Notes under the pieces: generated by a model
The model's database searches: none
Seen by the model: only the letters and a program-made list of their open reading frames with translations
What the model was told of the DNA's origin: nothing
Position numbers and translations under genes: made by a program
Assembly (NCBI RefSeq): GCF_002113885.1
Contig: NW_018408710.1
Location: 491,902 to 555,901, forward strand
Direction of reading: 5' to 3'
Origin: Mizuhopecten yessoensis
Lineage: Eukaryota
DNA: 64,000 bases
Part shown: positions 23,890-37,657 of the stretch, one piece after another
Numbering within the stretch: position 1 is the stretch's first letter
Layout: each line of letters opens with the position of its first letter

Positions 23890-25590
23890 GTCAAGTATAT
23901 TTGTCACTTATCTTATTACATCAAAGTATATTAATACATTATTTTAAAACAGCCAATTATTTTATTACATGAAAGAATACAAGTCACTTATTTTATTACA
24001 TATACGTTTGTCAGTCAGCTATTTTATCTCATCAAAGTATGTAAGTCACTTATCTTATTACATCGAAGTATACCAGTCACTTATTGTATGATATCAAAGA
24101 ATGTTAGTCACTTATTTTATGATGTGAAAGTATGCAAGTCACTTATTTTATTACAAGGAGGTATATTTGTCACTTATCTTATTATATCAAAGTATGTCAG
24201 TCACTTATTTTATTACAAGAAAGTATATGTCACTTATTTTATAACATCGAAGTATTTTAATTACTTATTTTATTACATCAAAGTTACATCAATGCCTGAT
24301 AACTGGTACAAAGTAACACTAAACATCAGGGTAACACTAAACATCAGGGTAACACTAAACTTCAGGGTAACACTAAACATCATGGTAACATTAAACATCA
24401 GGGTAACACTGAACATCAGGGTAACACTAAACATAAGGGTAAAACTAAACATCAGGGTAACACTAAACCACAGAGTAACACTAAAGATCAGGGTAACACT
24501 AAACATAAGGGTAACACTAAACATAAGGGCAACACTAAACTACGGGGTAAAACTAAACATTAGGGTAACACTAAACATCAGGGTAACACTAAACCACAGA
24601 GTAACACTAAAGATCAGGGTAACACTAAACATAAGGGCAACACTAAACTACGGGGTAAAACTAAACATTAGGGTAACACTAAACATCAGGGTAACACTAA
24701 ACCACAGGGTAACACTTAACATCAGGGTAACACAAAACATCAGGGTAACACTTAAGATCAGGGTAACACTAAACCACGGGGTAAAACTAAACATTAGGGT
24801 AACACTTAACCACAGGGTAACACCAAACATCTGGGTAACACTAAACATCTGGATAACACTTAGCATCTAGGTAACACTAATCATCAAGATAACACTAAGC
24901 ACCAGGGTAACACTAAACCACAGGGTAACACTAGACATCAGGGTATCACTAAACCACAGGATAACACTAAACATCAGGGTTACACTAAACCAATGGGTAA
25001 CACTTAACCACATGGTACAGCTCTGTAACACTAAACCACGGGTTAACACTAGACCGAGGGGTAACACAACATTACTGGATAACAATAATCAACGCGATAA
25101 CACTAAACCACATGGTAACACTAATTAATCACAGCGTTAAACTAAACCACAGGGTAACACTAAATCATTGGCTTACACTTAACCACAAGTAACACTAACC
25201 CACAAGATAGCACAACACCACAGGGAGACACAAAGCCATAGAGTAAAACTAGACCATCCGGAACCTAATATGCAGACAAGCTCTTATTGTGAGACACGAC
25301 ACTTAGTAACCAAGTGATATAGACCGTTATAGGTACGCAAACAAAATCATTAAAGCTTAACAATCAAGTGATGTAGAACATAATGTGTATGCAGACAAGC
25401 CGTGATAGTGAGACACGACACTTAACCACCCAGTGATGTAGACTATACATTGTATGCAGACAAGCCTTGATACTGAGACACGACACTTAACCACCCAGTG
25501 ATGTAGATCGTAGTTGGTATACAGACAAGTCCTTATTGTAAGAAACGACACTAAACTATCATGTAATGTAGACCGTAGTTGGTACACTAT
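23890..25590. repeat. The same stacked minisatellites in the next unit, with the 18-mer expanded and the 65-mer contracted
   Basis: 31-mer at 23890-24285, 18-mer at 24310-25260, 65-mer at 25270-25590. Confidence 0.88.
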
Positions 25591-26159
25591 CCATCGCTTG
25601 TGTTAGGAACATATTGTCCTTTTACTCTAAAATCTGTTCCAGCAATCGCGACGTCTAAAAGTCCATCCATTATGTTAGGTTGATTGTTTGGTTTTCAAGC
25701 AAAGCATTGAAAGGACAGAACAAAAATGGATCATCACCTAAATTGAGGGCATGCTCCAAACAAAACTCAACCTTTCGGGTTAAACAATCCCGAAGATCGG
25801 CCCCTGGATTAAGTTATTTCTGTCCTACCCTCAAAGTAGAGGGGAGCCCATCAATCTACATGGAGAGGTTCTAAGATCGTCCTCAAACTCATATTTGCCT
25901 TGCTCATAGTGTATCATAATGTCTTACTGTTGTTTTTGTTTCTGACCGGTTACTGCTGTTCTTTTGTAGAGTAACCGACTTAACGTGCACGTTCCGATTT
26001 CCCCTTAAGTATAATTGTTGTGGCAAAGTATTGTTTTCTAGTCTACGTACAATTTCTTCTTATTTTCTATATTTGTCACCTATTGTAAAAGTAATTTTAA
26101 TTTCAGTACGACTCATACCGCCGGCAACTTCGTCATGTAGAGAGGTACACGTGTATGAC

Positions 26160-28166
26160 TTAAACAAGCTGGAACACGTGAACAGTGTTCTGTTGATCTG
26201 GCGATTGGTTGGTGATCACTACCCTGTCACCACATACAGAAATCGCCCTCGGCTTTTGTATTCCATCTGATGACGACAGTAGTTCTCTGACATGTGTCCC
26301 GTCCCCAGACATCTGTATGACGTTGTGAGAATTATAGCCACACACGTACACGTTGTGTTCCATGTCTACGTCTATTCCTGTAGTAAGTTTCAAAACCCCT
26401 GATTTCAATACGTCCGTGCTCGAGCCGGCTGAAAGTCTAGTCACGGCAGATTCGTTAGGATTATTGGTATGGAGACTGGCAAAGACGTGTCCACTTTGAT
26501 GATCGCTAGCGAGATGCAAACACCTTGATTTTAGTGTGTGAATTTTTGATGTTATCCCAAATTTTCTTGATACGCTATGAAGTGATGTATCTTTGCCGAC
26601 GACAAACCTGTTATTCCGGTATGTTATACCATAGCATCCTTTAGTCGTCATTGACAACTTAATTGTTGATGTAAGGGTCAACTTTAAATCCTCCACACTG
26701 ACCATACATATGGTGTCCTCCCGCAGCATCACTGCTACTGTGTTGTCGTCAACTTGACATAGATCTACAGGCGTCCCATCCATACTGATGTTACATAGGA
26801 AGTCTCCGTTTTCTGTAAATAGCTTGATATTTTTGTTCGCCCAGTCCCCTAAGACAATGAAACCACCATGTAGGTATATAATCCCACAGGAAGTACAGTT
26901 AGATTTATCAGAAGGAAGTTTGATATTGAACTTTCCCATTATCCTCAGTTGTCTTTCAGACAATGGCACACTCAAGGTAGTTGTCGGCAGATTTCTCTGT
27001 TGTTTATCAACAACTATTTTCCCCATGGTCAGATCGGTGTTTGTGTCGAAGGTTTGCGTGTCATACTCATGTCTCAGGGTGGTGGATACTGACGATTTCT
27101 CCAGTTCCTGTATCAGTCCCTTACAGGATGCGACCTCAGCTTGCCCTCTCTGAAACAGACAAATCGTCCCTACAGTGTTGTCTGTCATTGTTGCTTCTTC
27201 GGATGACGTCAATGTGTTCTGCATAGCGAACATCAGCCGTTCACATTGCTGTCTCGATACTTCCAGATTTTCCTTTTCCTCTTTAAAGTGTGTTATTAGT
27301 TTGTCCGTCAGTTCTTTCTGTAGCGAATCGAACCTCCGATCAATGTTTTGGCGTAGATCTGTTAAACTTTTCAGTGCCGTGTCTTGATCATAGAAAATGG
27401 ACTGAAGTTGTTCGCCAATATCTTTAATCAGCGTCTTCATGGCTTCTGTGCATTTATGAAGCAGGTCCATTAGATCATCGATCTTGGAGCTGTTTCTGAG
27501 TTTGTCCCGCGACTCTTCTATCGACATCACCACTTCACATTTCCTGTGATCGACGATAATGCATTTGCTGCATCCAAGGAGCTGGTGGTCCTCGCAGTAA
27601 TACTCCATTTTCTCATTATGTTTTCCACAATCGTTAGGCGATACCTCTCGACGCATTATGGCTGACATGTTAACGTCCGCGATGTCCTTTGGTTCACATT
27701 CTTCATGAAACATGTCATGGTGGTCTACTTTGCAAGCTGCACAGAAGAAAGTATTGTACTGTTCGCACCAGAGTTTCACTGGTACATTCATTTTTCCTTT
27801 CTTCTCGCAAGGTCTGCATGTTGTTTTCTCACTTGTCTTCTGCGACAGTTTGATCATTTCTACAGCCAAATTATTGGTTGGGAACTGTTCAGCCCAGGTT
27901 TCCTTAGCTTCTGATTGGCTCACAGGCTCAGTGACCTTCCGGCAAACAGGACAGGAGAAAGAAGACGCTGACGCCGTCTTACCTGACAATTCCTTTGTGA
28001 TGTAACTTCCCAGGCATTCCTGGCAGAACGAATGCAGACAGGGCAGGGACTTGGGATGTCTCAGCTGCTCCAGACAGATGGGACATTCCAGTAGCTGGGA
28101 GTCTAGTGACTGGCGTCTTTCTCCTTCTATCGACGACGGTTGATGACGTGGTCCACCTTCCGCCAT
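26160..28166 (-). CDS. TRIM (RING-Bbox1-Bbox2-coiled coil-NHL-like beta-propeller) E3 ubiquitin ligase, copy 3, 668 aa
   Basis: Intact paralogue of 12430-14433, about 91% amino-acid identity by manual comparison, with the same domain motifs. Confidence 0.93.
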   Translation of the reverse strand: MAEGGPRHQPSSIEGERRQSLDSQLLECPICLEQLRHPKSLPCLHSFCQECLGSYITKELSGKTASASSFSCPVCRKVTEPVSQSEAKETWAEQFPTNNLAVEMIKLSQKTSEKTTCRPCEKKGKMNVPVKLWCEQYNTFFCAACKVDHHDMFHEECEPKDIADVNMSAIMRREVSPNDCGKHNEKMEYYCEDHQLLGCSKCIIVDHRKCEVVMSIEESRDKLRNSSKIDDLMDLLHKCTEAMKTLIKDIGEQLQSIFYDQDTALKSLTDLRQNIDRRFDSLQKELTDKLITHFKEEKENLEVSRQQCERLMFAMQNTLTSSEEATMTDNTVGTICLFQRGQAEVASCKGLIQELEKSSVSTTLRHEYDTQTFDTNTDLTMGKIVVDKQQRNLPTTTLSVPLSERQLRIMGKFNIKLPSDKSNCTSCGIIYLHGGFIVLGDWANKNIKLFTENGDFLCNISMDGTPVDLCQVDDNTVAVMLREDTICMVSVEDLKLTLTSTIKLSMTTKGCYGITYRNNRFVVGKDTSLHSVSRKFGITSKIHTLKSRCLHLASDHQSGHVFASLHTNNPNESAVTRLSAGSSTDVLKSGVLKLTTGIDVDMEHNVYVCGYNSHNVIQMSGDGTHVRELLSSSDGIQKPRAISVCGDRVVITNQSPDQQNTVHVFQLV

Positions 28167-29194
28167 ATTGACTGGGGCGTCACTGCTACGATATTACCTT
28201 GAACAGAAAGGAAATATATTAAAATATAAGCTACATCATTAACAACAAAAATGTACTGTTTCTGTGAATGAAATGAGTATCAGCAAATCAGTTTGACCGG
28301 GGCGAAGACAATTGTCAGAGCCTGAACCATGTGTCATCGATTCTTAATAACCTTGATTTCATCTTACATGTAACCACCAGTGGAGGCGGTGTTACAGTGT
28401 TTCAGTGGTACACGGCTCTTAACTTTATACCAGTCTTTTTTTGATGATTATTTTTTTATTCAGATTTATCATCAATGCAATGCACATGTACTATAAATAG
28501 CAAAACATTCACTCATTTGTATACTCGCACATACATACATAAACCTATATACGTTATGTCCACATTTGTCAAAGAGTACATCCATTCTCAGGATTCTCAT
28601 ATTTATCACACTAGCACAAACTTATATACTCATTTCCGTCTATTTTTACATTTCAACATTTTATTACCCAGATATACGCATCCATCCATGTGTCTGACAT
28701 ATGTATGTCCCAATCATTCAATGCTATGTCTCGTGTACAAATAGAACACCTATCCACCTTCATCACATGTGGTATATATCTTCGTGCTGGAAAAAATATC
28801 TGCACTAAATTATATATAACCGCACATACTGTATAACTCTTGTCCATGTCAAAAACACCCATGTCCATTGATAAACATAATTAATATCAGTTCACCATAC
28901 TCACATACGTTGTACGCAAACATACCCATATGCATGATATTAGACATTTTCAGACATTCGTGTATCTACTGCAAGGAGAAGAAATATCAGTCTCACACAC
29001 AAAAAACGGAAGAAAAAAAAGAAACTTTTAAGGTAAATGAGAAATTTGCACAGACCGTCTACTGAGTACATTGCATTGTCTTTATAAGAAAGAGGAATTG
29101 AGATAGAGATTGAAAAAATAAAAAGAAAGGGAGAACAGAGAACACAAAGAGAAGGGAGAAGAAAGGTAGGATAAATTGGGGGCAGATGGTGGAA

Positions 29195-29636
29195 TAATAG
29201 AATCATTCAGCCCCTTTGGGGCGAGATAGGGGAATATCAACCCGAGGGGGAAGATTCTTATGTTACCAAACACGAGGCTTTGCCGAGTGTTTGGCAACTT
29301 AAGAATCTTTCCCCGAGGGTTGAGATTCCCCTATCTTACCCACAAGGGGGTGAATGATTCTTTTTCTCTTACATGTACCATGTTTTCCCCAATGTGTATC
29401 ATATACACAATGTAATGATAACGTTACATGCTAAATTCAGGGTTGACGTGACGTTGATGGATTGTTGACGTGACGTCATTGTATTGTTGCAGTGACGTCA
29501 TACCATTGTTATAAATAGGGGAATCCCCCCGTCTCAACCCTAGGGCGGAGACAGATAAATCTAGCACCGGCAAAACGGGAGATAAATCTGTCAGGTGTGG
29601 GAGAACAAGATATAAACTCCTGTATGTTATATTATA
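29195..29636. mobile_element. Related palindromic non-autonomous element, opposite orientation
   Basis: Arms 29199-29361 around the loop cgaggctttgccgag. The distal end resembles the reverse complement of 16555-16600. Confidence 0.6.
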
Positions 29637-29754
29637 AATAGTTAATATATCGGCTTTGTGAAGGGCTATCCCAGATTCCATAACCACGAAAAGAAGCAGA
29701 AATTAAAATATGTATGATAGAGTACGTCTTCAAAATGATAATGATAATAATAAT

Positions 29755-30767
29755 AAACAAGAGACCCAAGGGCCTAAGCGGTCACCTGAGTTATATCATA
29801 GGTACTGGTAGCTATATTTTATTGTTTAGATGTGATGTGGAAATCAGCATATAAACTAAGTGAAATACAATACTTGTCATGTCATGAAAGGATAAGAATT
29901 TGAAAATATTGGTAAAAGTTCCCTTTGGGGCCCCGCCCTAGCCCCTGGGGATGGAGATGGGGCAGGAATCCCAATTTTAAAATGTAATACCCTCATTCAC
30001 AAAAGATGATTCTGACTAAGTTTGAGTAATTTTCTGCAGAAAATGGATAAAATATACCCAAAAGTGTTGTTTCCATATATAAACTATAGTAAACTTTTCC
30101 CCCTCTCCAAGGGAGAACGGATAGCTCGGGGGTCCTGAAATTTACAATTTAAGTAAAGCCCCTGATGATCTTTCTTTCCATGCAGAGGAAATGACTGTAG
30201 TACCTCTGAGTCTGGAGAAGAAGATTTTTGAAAAAATTGGTTAATTTTCCCTTTGGGGCCCCGCCCTTGCCCCAGGGGTTGGGGTAGGAATTTCAATTTT
30301 ACAATTTGAAACCATCTTCCTCCAAGGATAATTCTCACCAAATAAAATAAAAATGATTTCCTACAAAAAGTTGTCAAAATATACTCAAAAGTGTTATTTC
30401 CCTATATAAACTATAGTAAACTTTACCCCCTCCCCAAGGGAGAACGGATAGCTCGGGGGTCCTGAAATTTACTATTTAAATAAAGCCCCTAATGATCTTT
30501 CTTTCCATGCAGAGAAAATGAGAAGATTTTTGAAATATTGGTTAATTTTCCCTTTGGGGCAACGCCTTGGCCCCAGGGGTCGGGGTAGGAATCCCAATTT
30601 TACAATTTTGTAGCCTCATCTACCAAGGATGATTCTGACCAAGTTTGAAAAAAAAATCCATCCACTGGTTCTTGAGAAGAAGTCGAAAAAGTAAAAAGTT
30701 TACGCACGACGGACGACGGAAAGCGATTAGAATAGGTCACTTGAGCAAAGCTCAGGTGACCTAAAAA
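29755..30767 (+). mobile_element. Non-autonomous Helentron/HINE-like element with internal tandem repeats
   Basis: Starts aaacaagagacccaagggcc...ggtcacctgag, has ~300-330-bp internal repeats and a (GACG)n microsatellite, and ends in the hairpin taggtcacttgagcaaagctcaggtgaccta. Confidence 0.7.
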
Positions 30768-30789
30768 TAAAAATATTTAAGGCCAAAAA

Positions 30790-33735
30790 GAAAAGATTTC
30801 TTGTTTACTGAAAATGGGATTGAAAGAGCTTCCAGTAATGTATCACGACTTTCTAGTAATCTTTGTACTTCTTCACATTCCCATCATATATGAGTAATTG
30901 TTTCTGGTTCAGAGTTGCATAGTACACAAAGAAGGGAGACAACTACTCCAATTTTACTTGAAACAAATTCAATATAAACTATTAAATTTAAGACCAACTC
31001 AATTCATCAACCCATGAAATCCACCAAAGCAAGATTCAATCCTTATATTTCAATCAACTTGTGTATTTTTAAATAATTGGAACTTGTGAAGTCAATTCTG
31101 ATAGTTTTTCCCAGGTTCTAGAGCTTGTGCAAGTCTACGTATTGACGTAATGTAAAAAAATATAGCTGGTCATTGAAAGACCATCATACAAAATGATGGT
31201 GTACGTTGATAGTTTAATACCGCCAATTATGTAGAAACAAATCACAAAACCATATTTTAAATGTCATATTTGATTTTTGTTGATGAATTCATAAGATATC
31301 ACATTTTCTGACGAGTCATCGTGGCCATCTTTTTACTAGCTCGAAGTGGAGAGCCGCTTAATTTCAAGGTTCTACATCTTCTGGAATGTGAAGCTGCAGT
31401 AATTGAATTTCGAATTAGACAGGAAACCAGACGTAGCTTGAAAGGACAAAACAATTTGATATGTCAGTTGGCTGTTCGACTGTATTTCATATATAAGACA
31501 GGACCATATGGATCTACGTTGTTTTTGATTTGTACAAGGGGTTGATACTGATACATGAAGCAGAATGGGTAGCTGGAGGGAGAATTTCCAGGGCAGTACA
31601 TGACTTGTCACTACCGCTAGCAACCGTGAGCTGATAATATTTTGCTGATTGATCGTTTTTGGTTGTTTGAACAATTCGTTGTGTACCTTCAATAAAAATG
31701 TAAAATCTCATAAAGTGGTAGACTATCTTCTTTGTTTAAACATGTCAGTAGTTTTCTCCCTTCGCAAAATCATACGCACAGGCAATGCTAATATGGCCAA
31801 ATTCATCGGCAAATGAAACAGGTTACATTTGGTAGTTGCATTATAATAATAATAATAATTCGAGGTTCTGATATACCGCTTTATCACAACCTAGTTCGTA
31901 GGTCGTCTCAAAGCAGTTCACAAATTATTATCCGTGGTTATAGGGCATTTGCAACCAGCCAATATCTTTCTCAACTCCCTGGGGAGCATACAGCCGGAGC
32001 TGCCATTCGGCGCTAACAGCAATAATTCTAGCACTTCCCAACCACGTACTTATTTACAGCTGAGTAGACTGGAACAAGCGAGGTAAAGTATCTTGCTGAA
32101 AGATACAACACATAGTGTCGTGCCGTGACTCGAATCCGCAACCCTTCGGTCACGAGCCCGGCGTCCAACCACTAGACTACCGTGCCTGCTAATTGAGCAT
32201 TGGGTCCAACTTGAATATGAATTGAAATATATAGAAATGAGATAGTTGTTAGTACGTGATGAATCACTCTATACTGGAACCACTGAAGTTTTGTATTTGT
32301 TGTTACGCAGATGGCATTTTGTAGATTTTACACCAGTTTAGTTTATCCATGTTGTCGAATACAGTATTCCACTTTCTGGTGCCGGATGGTATCTTGTCCG
32401 ATTTGATTATGATGTTGTTCAACATTTTTTACCCTTTATTATCTCTAAAAATAATTCTAAATTGATAGGTATGTAGGGATAAATTATCTCATGTCTGTAT
32501 GTATTATATGATGTAATAAAGTCTTTAACTGCAGAGACAAGATCCTGATATTGTAAAAAAGTTGTGTTAACTTGGTATTTTTGAATAAATTCTACAAATG
32601 TGTAAAACAAACCTGTTCTACACTCCTTTATAATATCATTCATAATAAAAGTTTTTTTTCTGATAATATTTTTCATTATAAAAAACAGCTCTTCCTCCTA
32701 TCTTGATTTGTTTTCCTGAAGAATTTTATCATAATACTTTGTATTTAGTGTGTACCATGATTTGAGCACATCACTCCAGAATTTTTTTTACACTTATTTA
32801 CATATGTCTGAATATATTCAGAACCACAATTTGCAAGAAGATCTATGCCAATATAAGTTTTAAGTATGGCCTGCCATTTCTCAGTACTCTGATAGTCTTC
32901 TGATCCAATTAAGTTTAAGAGAGTTTATAAATGCAACACGATTGATTATCTTCAGCATAATTTTGAATAATTATCTCTCTTCTAATTTTGTCTGGTTTTC
33001 CACTCCATAAGTAATCAAGTAATATTGAGTTGAGTTTGTTAATAAATTTATCATCTTGATTAGGTAATGATATACACAGGTGATTAAATTGAGAGATGAG
33101 CAATGATTTGATAGTGTTAATTTTTCCAATAGGTGTTAATGACCTTCTGTTCCAAATTTTTATTTTGATGAGGGTTTTTTGTCAAAGTTAAGTTTTGGTA
33201 TTTCATGAAGATTCACACTAAATTCAATTCCTAACAACGTAAATTTTTCTTTTCCCCACGGCAAATTAAGTTCAGGTAAAAAACAATCTTCACTATACTT
33301 TTTGCTACCAATCCATATCACCTGAGTTATCAATGTTCATTTTTAAACCAGATTTTTTTGCAAATTCATTTAGTTCTTTTACGTCTTCCTTTAGTGATTT
33401 CTCAGAGCTATCAAGTATAAGTGAAGTGTCATTAGCATATTGTGATAATGAAATAGGGCAACTTTCAATCTCGATACATTTTATATTTCTATTATTTCTC
33501 AATTTATAGCCAAAACCTCTGCACAAAGAATACACAGATACAGTGCGATCGGATCCCCCTGTCGGCCCAAAGAGAAGTTTAACTTTTTCAATAAGTTACC
33601 AAGACTCTGAATCAAATTGCTTCTCAAAATCAATCATAAGTAGCAGGCCAGGTATATCATTCTCCTCAGTATAATGCATTATATCATATATTAATCTTGT
33701 ATTTATACTATAACGACCCGAAAGAAAACAAGTTT
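30790..33735 (-). mobile_element. Degenerate L1/Tx1-like LINE ORF2 remnant, interrupted by insertions at ~30970-32210
   Basis: Minus-strand fragments RQGDP, LSQYANDTSLILD...SGLKMN, WNRRSLTPIGKI, LISQFNHL...WSGKPDKIRR, and terminal CVLCNSEPETITHI.WEC, with many frameshifts. Confidence 0.8.
31843..32186 (-). mobile_element. tRNA-derived SINE (Nin/Deu-domain-like)
   Basis: Head GGCACGGTAGTCTAGTGG...GATTCGAGTC with A and B boxes, central tacttatttacagctgagtagactgg block, and (ATT)n tail. Confidence 0.7.
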
Positions 33736-34261
33736 ATCATTCAGCATTCCAAAGCAAGTCCATGAAGCATATATAAATGTAGGTCAAATTCAGGGCGCGG
33801 AACATGCACTCAAGGTAGAATCACTTGCTGCATCATTGATGCAGGTATAATCTATGTAGCATAGTTACCCAGATATGACTAAATAACTATTCCTAACCAG
33901 CCTCACGGACGGTCGAAGGGACAGAACGCGGACGCCATTTTCATATCACCTAATTATATAGCGAGTTTGTTGTACAATGTAGTAGGGCATTATAACTAGT
34001 AAAATCATCATCAATATTGAGATATATGCTGTATCTCATGCTGAGGAATACCAGCTAGCATCCAAACGGATGAAATATTTGATATTTCAGCAAATTATTA
34101 ATTGTGAACAAGGAGGTAAACGTTTCACCTACTTATTCATGATGTCATACAACTGTATTTATTATAATTCCTGAAATAAATAAAACATTAAATGATGTTG
34201 TTTTGTTATTCTTTTGGTCAAACGCTCAATAGCATGAGTTTTTCATTATCTGCGTACTCAC

Positions 34262-34372
34262 GTTTTTGTCCTTGTTTAACAAGTGCAAGGTCCTTCTTCC
34301 TCGTCACGCTTGTCACCACGTGTCTAAATCATAAACCGGAATACAGGAGTCACCCGTCTGAAGTCCGGAAAT
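34262..34372 (-). promoter_or_regulatory. Putative non-coding exon 1 and core promoter of TRIM copy 3 (intron 28198-34261)
   Basis: The homologous donor reads AAAAC|GTGAGT (a consensus-preserving change). The block taaaccggaatac...cacccgtctgaagtccggaaata is retained despite divergent flanks. Confidence 0.55.
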
Positions 34373-37300
34373 ACTCTTTTAGTAACAGTATACTCTGGTT
34401 CAGTTATTCGTTTCAAGGAGAACAGCATTGCATATTTTAAAATATGAATAGAATAAATTAATTGAATCAAAAACACTGCTGAAGAGTAACATATGATATG
34501 GTAACTCATATATCAGGAGTACGGTGGTTTACGCTGATAACAAGTTTCAGTGAATTGTGAATTATAATCATCTGGGATTTTATGGTACGGGAAGTGCTGA
34601 CCTGTCTTAATTTCTTACGTTTTATAAAATGTTTTTCGTTTTAAGTGAATGATTTACACCTTTGCTTTAAACATATTTTATCATATTTGTGAAAAAAGTA
34701 GAGTTTCAGACCTTAATTAAAATCCCATGCGCTCTTCCATCCAGGCCAATGAATATGTTATTTATATACAGCATCGTGACTAAAGTATTCCCGATCGATT
34801 TGCCCGAATTTATTCATCTCTATTTTTTTCTCACTGAATTTTCCTGGAGTCAATATTTGCGCCACCGAAATAAAATTGGACACCCTAAAACAGAATTAAT
34901 TGATGTTTTCTCTGACGATGTTTTCTTTTTTTCAGTGGAATGATTTCCAAAACCTGATGACTTATTCTCGGAAATATAATTTCCAATTATTTGTCAGACA
35001 AAGAACTCAAAAACCAGACAACACAACTGTAGGAATAGAGTTTCAGGTTATTGAATAAAAACGTATATTTCAGTCTGTGAAGTTTCTGTTTCAATAACGC
35101 TATAATAAGCCCAAAAACATTCCAATGAAAAATTGCGAAAATGTTTGAAATATATATTAAACTTGGGGAAATCTTGGGGAAATGCTATAAGTTGAAAAAA
35201 CGTGTTTCATAACTGTTGTAAAATAAATTCAGTTTTCATAAATACCGCAAATTCCTGAGGTTGGGATTAGGTCCTAAATCTGTATGATTGCCTGCGTTTC
35301 ACAGCCTATTCTTTCGTGTTGATCTCACAATCCTATTCTATATTATATTTTGGATCTTAACTTGCAAATAGAGATTAGTAATTCAGATATCTGTACATGT
35401 GTGGGTGTTGTTGTATTGTTTCCATACTTTACATTATTGATGTTAATCTATCAACTGACAACAACTGCCATTAGACTATAAATTTAGAAACGTAAATATT
35501 TCCTGAAATCAGGTTCGTTGAAAATGAGTGACTTATTTGTTTGAAATATAAACTATGATTACAAAACCATTTGACTATGAATAGTTTTGTTATACAGTCT
35601 CAAGAGATATATTTTGAGTCTGTGTTCTTCAATAACCGTTGGTTGCTATTTAAATTGGTGTATGGTCCGATTTCCACGTAAATAAATCAGTAAGGAAGAA
35701 CGGAATGCCTTAGTTTACTACGAAGTTTTGAGATATCAAATCACCTTGATTGTATTATCAATGAAGAGAACTTTAGTTTGTTAAAGAGATAATCCTTCCC
35801 TTCATAACGTACAACGGTTATATTGTGACCGATATATATAATGAGTAATCAGATTCAGATTATATATTCCTTTTGTTTTACAACACATCCGCGGCACATC
35901 AAAGTTACTGTGTGTATTGCTGTCGTAAATAATATTAAAAGATCAATTCTAACTCGATGAAATATGACCGGAGTTTATCACGGTAATAGGTCATTTCTTA
36001 CATTTCAAGTAGACACACTTAACTAAATGGACGGATTCAAAAACTTCAAAGCAACATGGGAGCTTCACCGTTATTAAAAATATAATTGATCGATTGGTTT
36101 TATGTCCGCATCACTACCGAGTAGTTCGGTTATCCAACAGACATTAAAAGTATAATACAACCATAGCCTATATATTGTATATATATTTTCTGTGTAATTT
36201 TCAAATTCATTTTAATTTATAAAATAATTATAAAATCCACAATTGGTCCGACAAAAGGCTCGTTAAGTGATATCCATTAGAAACTGAGACTATGGCATTT
36301 AACACTCGTTTGATCATGAATGGCAATAACCTGCACTGCGGGAATTTAGAATCCATATACATTTTGGTATTTATTTCTCTGGGGATGGGAACTGCGCTGA
36401 GCAATTATGTACATATTGATTGTAAATTTAAAGTTTCAAGCAGAAAAACTTAATATACTGCGAAAATTTTAATTTCAAATTGATAAATATATCATCACTC
36501 AAGAATGTATTATTTATTCAAAAGACCACTATTAGAGTAATGGGTTTTAGTATGGGCAACATACAACATTGCTTTGTCCAAAACGTTAGAACGTCTCCAA
36601 CTAGAAACCGCGTGTATATACAGTTACAGGTAATATTCAACTTTTTCTTAACTTGTTTTCTTCACATAACGACTTACCAAACTCCATTTGTTTTGTTACT
36701 TTGCATTGAATATTATAGCTTTCCTCGACTGATACATGTACATGTGGATCATGACTCGATACAAACGTTTAACAAACACCAAAACTTCATCATGATAACG
36801 CTTTATTTTTTTAACACTGTATATGAAAATCAGTTATAAAAAAAATACGAAATGTAAAATTATTGTTGTATAGCATATGACGTGTAAATATACGTAAACG
36901 TTGCAAAACTACATAACAGAGAAATATTGATATCTAACATAGAGTTTTATATGTTATGAAGCATTACGAATTTCTGTATAGTTTTTTAACTGCAAAATAT
37001 AGTAGAATACATTTCTTCGAAAATATGTACATTTTATACATATTGCTATGTTTCCATTTGATTAGAGGGGATTGTTTCGGGTAACATATGTAGCTCAGAC
37101 GACAACAAAGAAGTTCTAATTCAGGATTAAATAGAAAAGTTTAATTATCAGTAGGCGGCTTCGTTTCACATTCGTTTTTGAGGTACGGGGAACATAATCA
37201 CACAGCTCATGTAGCGATGTGCGGAACCGTCACAGTCAGAGATGATCGGCTGTTAAAACCACGGCTGTGATATATATCGGCACACCATTCGCTGACAGGG

Positions 37301-37657
37301 ACGTTCCGTACATTACCACAGGAGCCAGGAGATTATCAGGCTGATGTTGACAGGGTTTCTACTACTTTTCAGTAAAACCTGATACACCAACACCAAGGTC
37401 CCAGTCAGAAACCAACCAAGCCTACAACTTCATAAAAAACGGTATTTTAGAAAATAAAAATACTTTCAAATTCTTAAGACGTGTGATCAGTTCTATTCAA
37501 GTCTCTATCTCAATTCACCATTATTTTGACATTATCTCTGGTACGACAAAAGTACTTATAATATGCATGACTCTTTCTATCCATAAGGTAACTAAAATTA
37601 TATAGCGGTGTTGTTTCAAGTCGTCGTGTGTTTCAATGCGGACTAGGATCCCGGACC

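Larger units (their letters stand above)
1..36380. repeat. Tandem segmental duplication: three units, each TRIM gene plus upstream region (spacing ~12.84 kb and ~13.73 kb)
   Basis: 1-~11700 aligns with 12841-~25590, and 11700-14470 aligns with 25590-28210. Copy-3 upstream blocks at 28300-28436 and 33740-36380 match 2580-2796 and 3640-6420/21420-21500. Confidence 0.92.

Noticed and set aside
24088-24870. 260-aa ORF of IRVTLN repeats
   Set aside because: It is a translation of a stop-free 18-bp minisatellite and is not open in the paralogous array.
32115-32186. tRNA gene (also ~63430-63499)
   Set aside because: A and B boxes are present, but each is attached to a SINE body and tail and no intact cloverleaf is evident.
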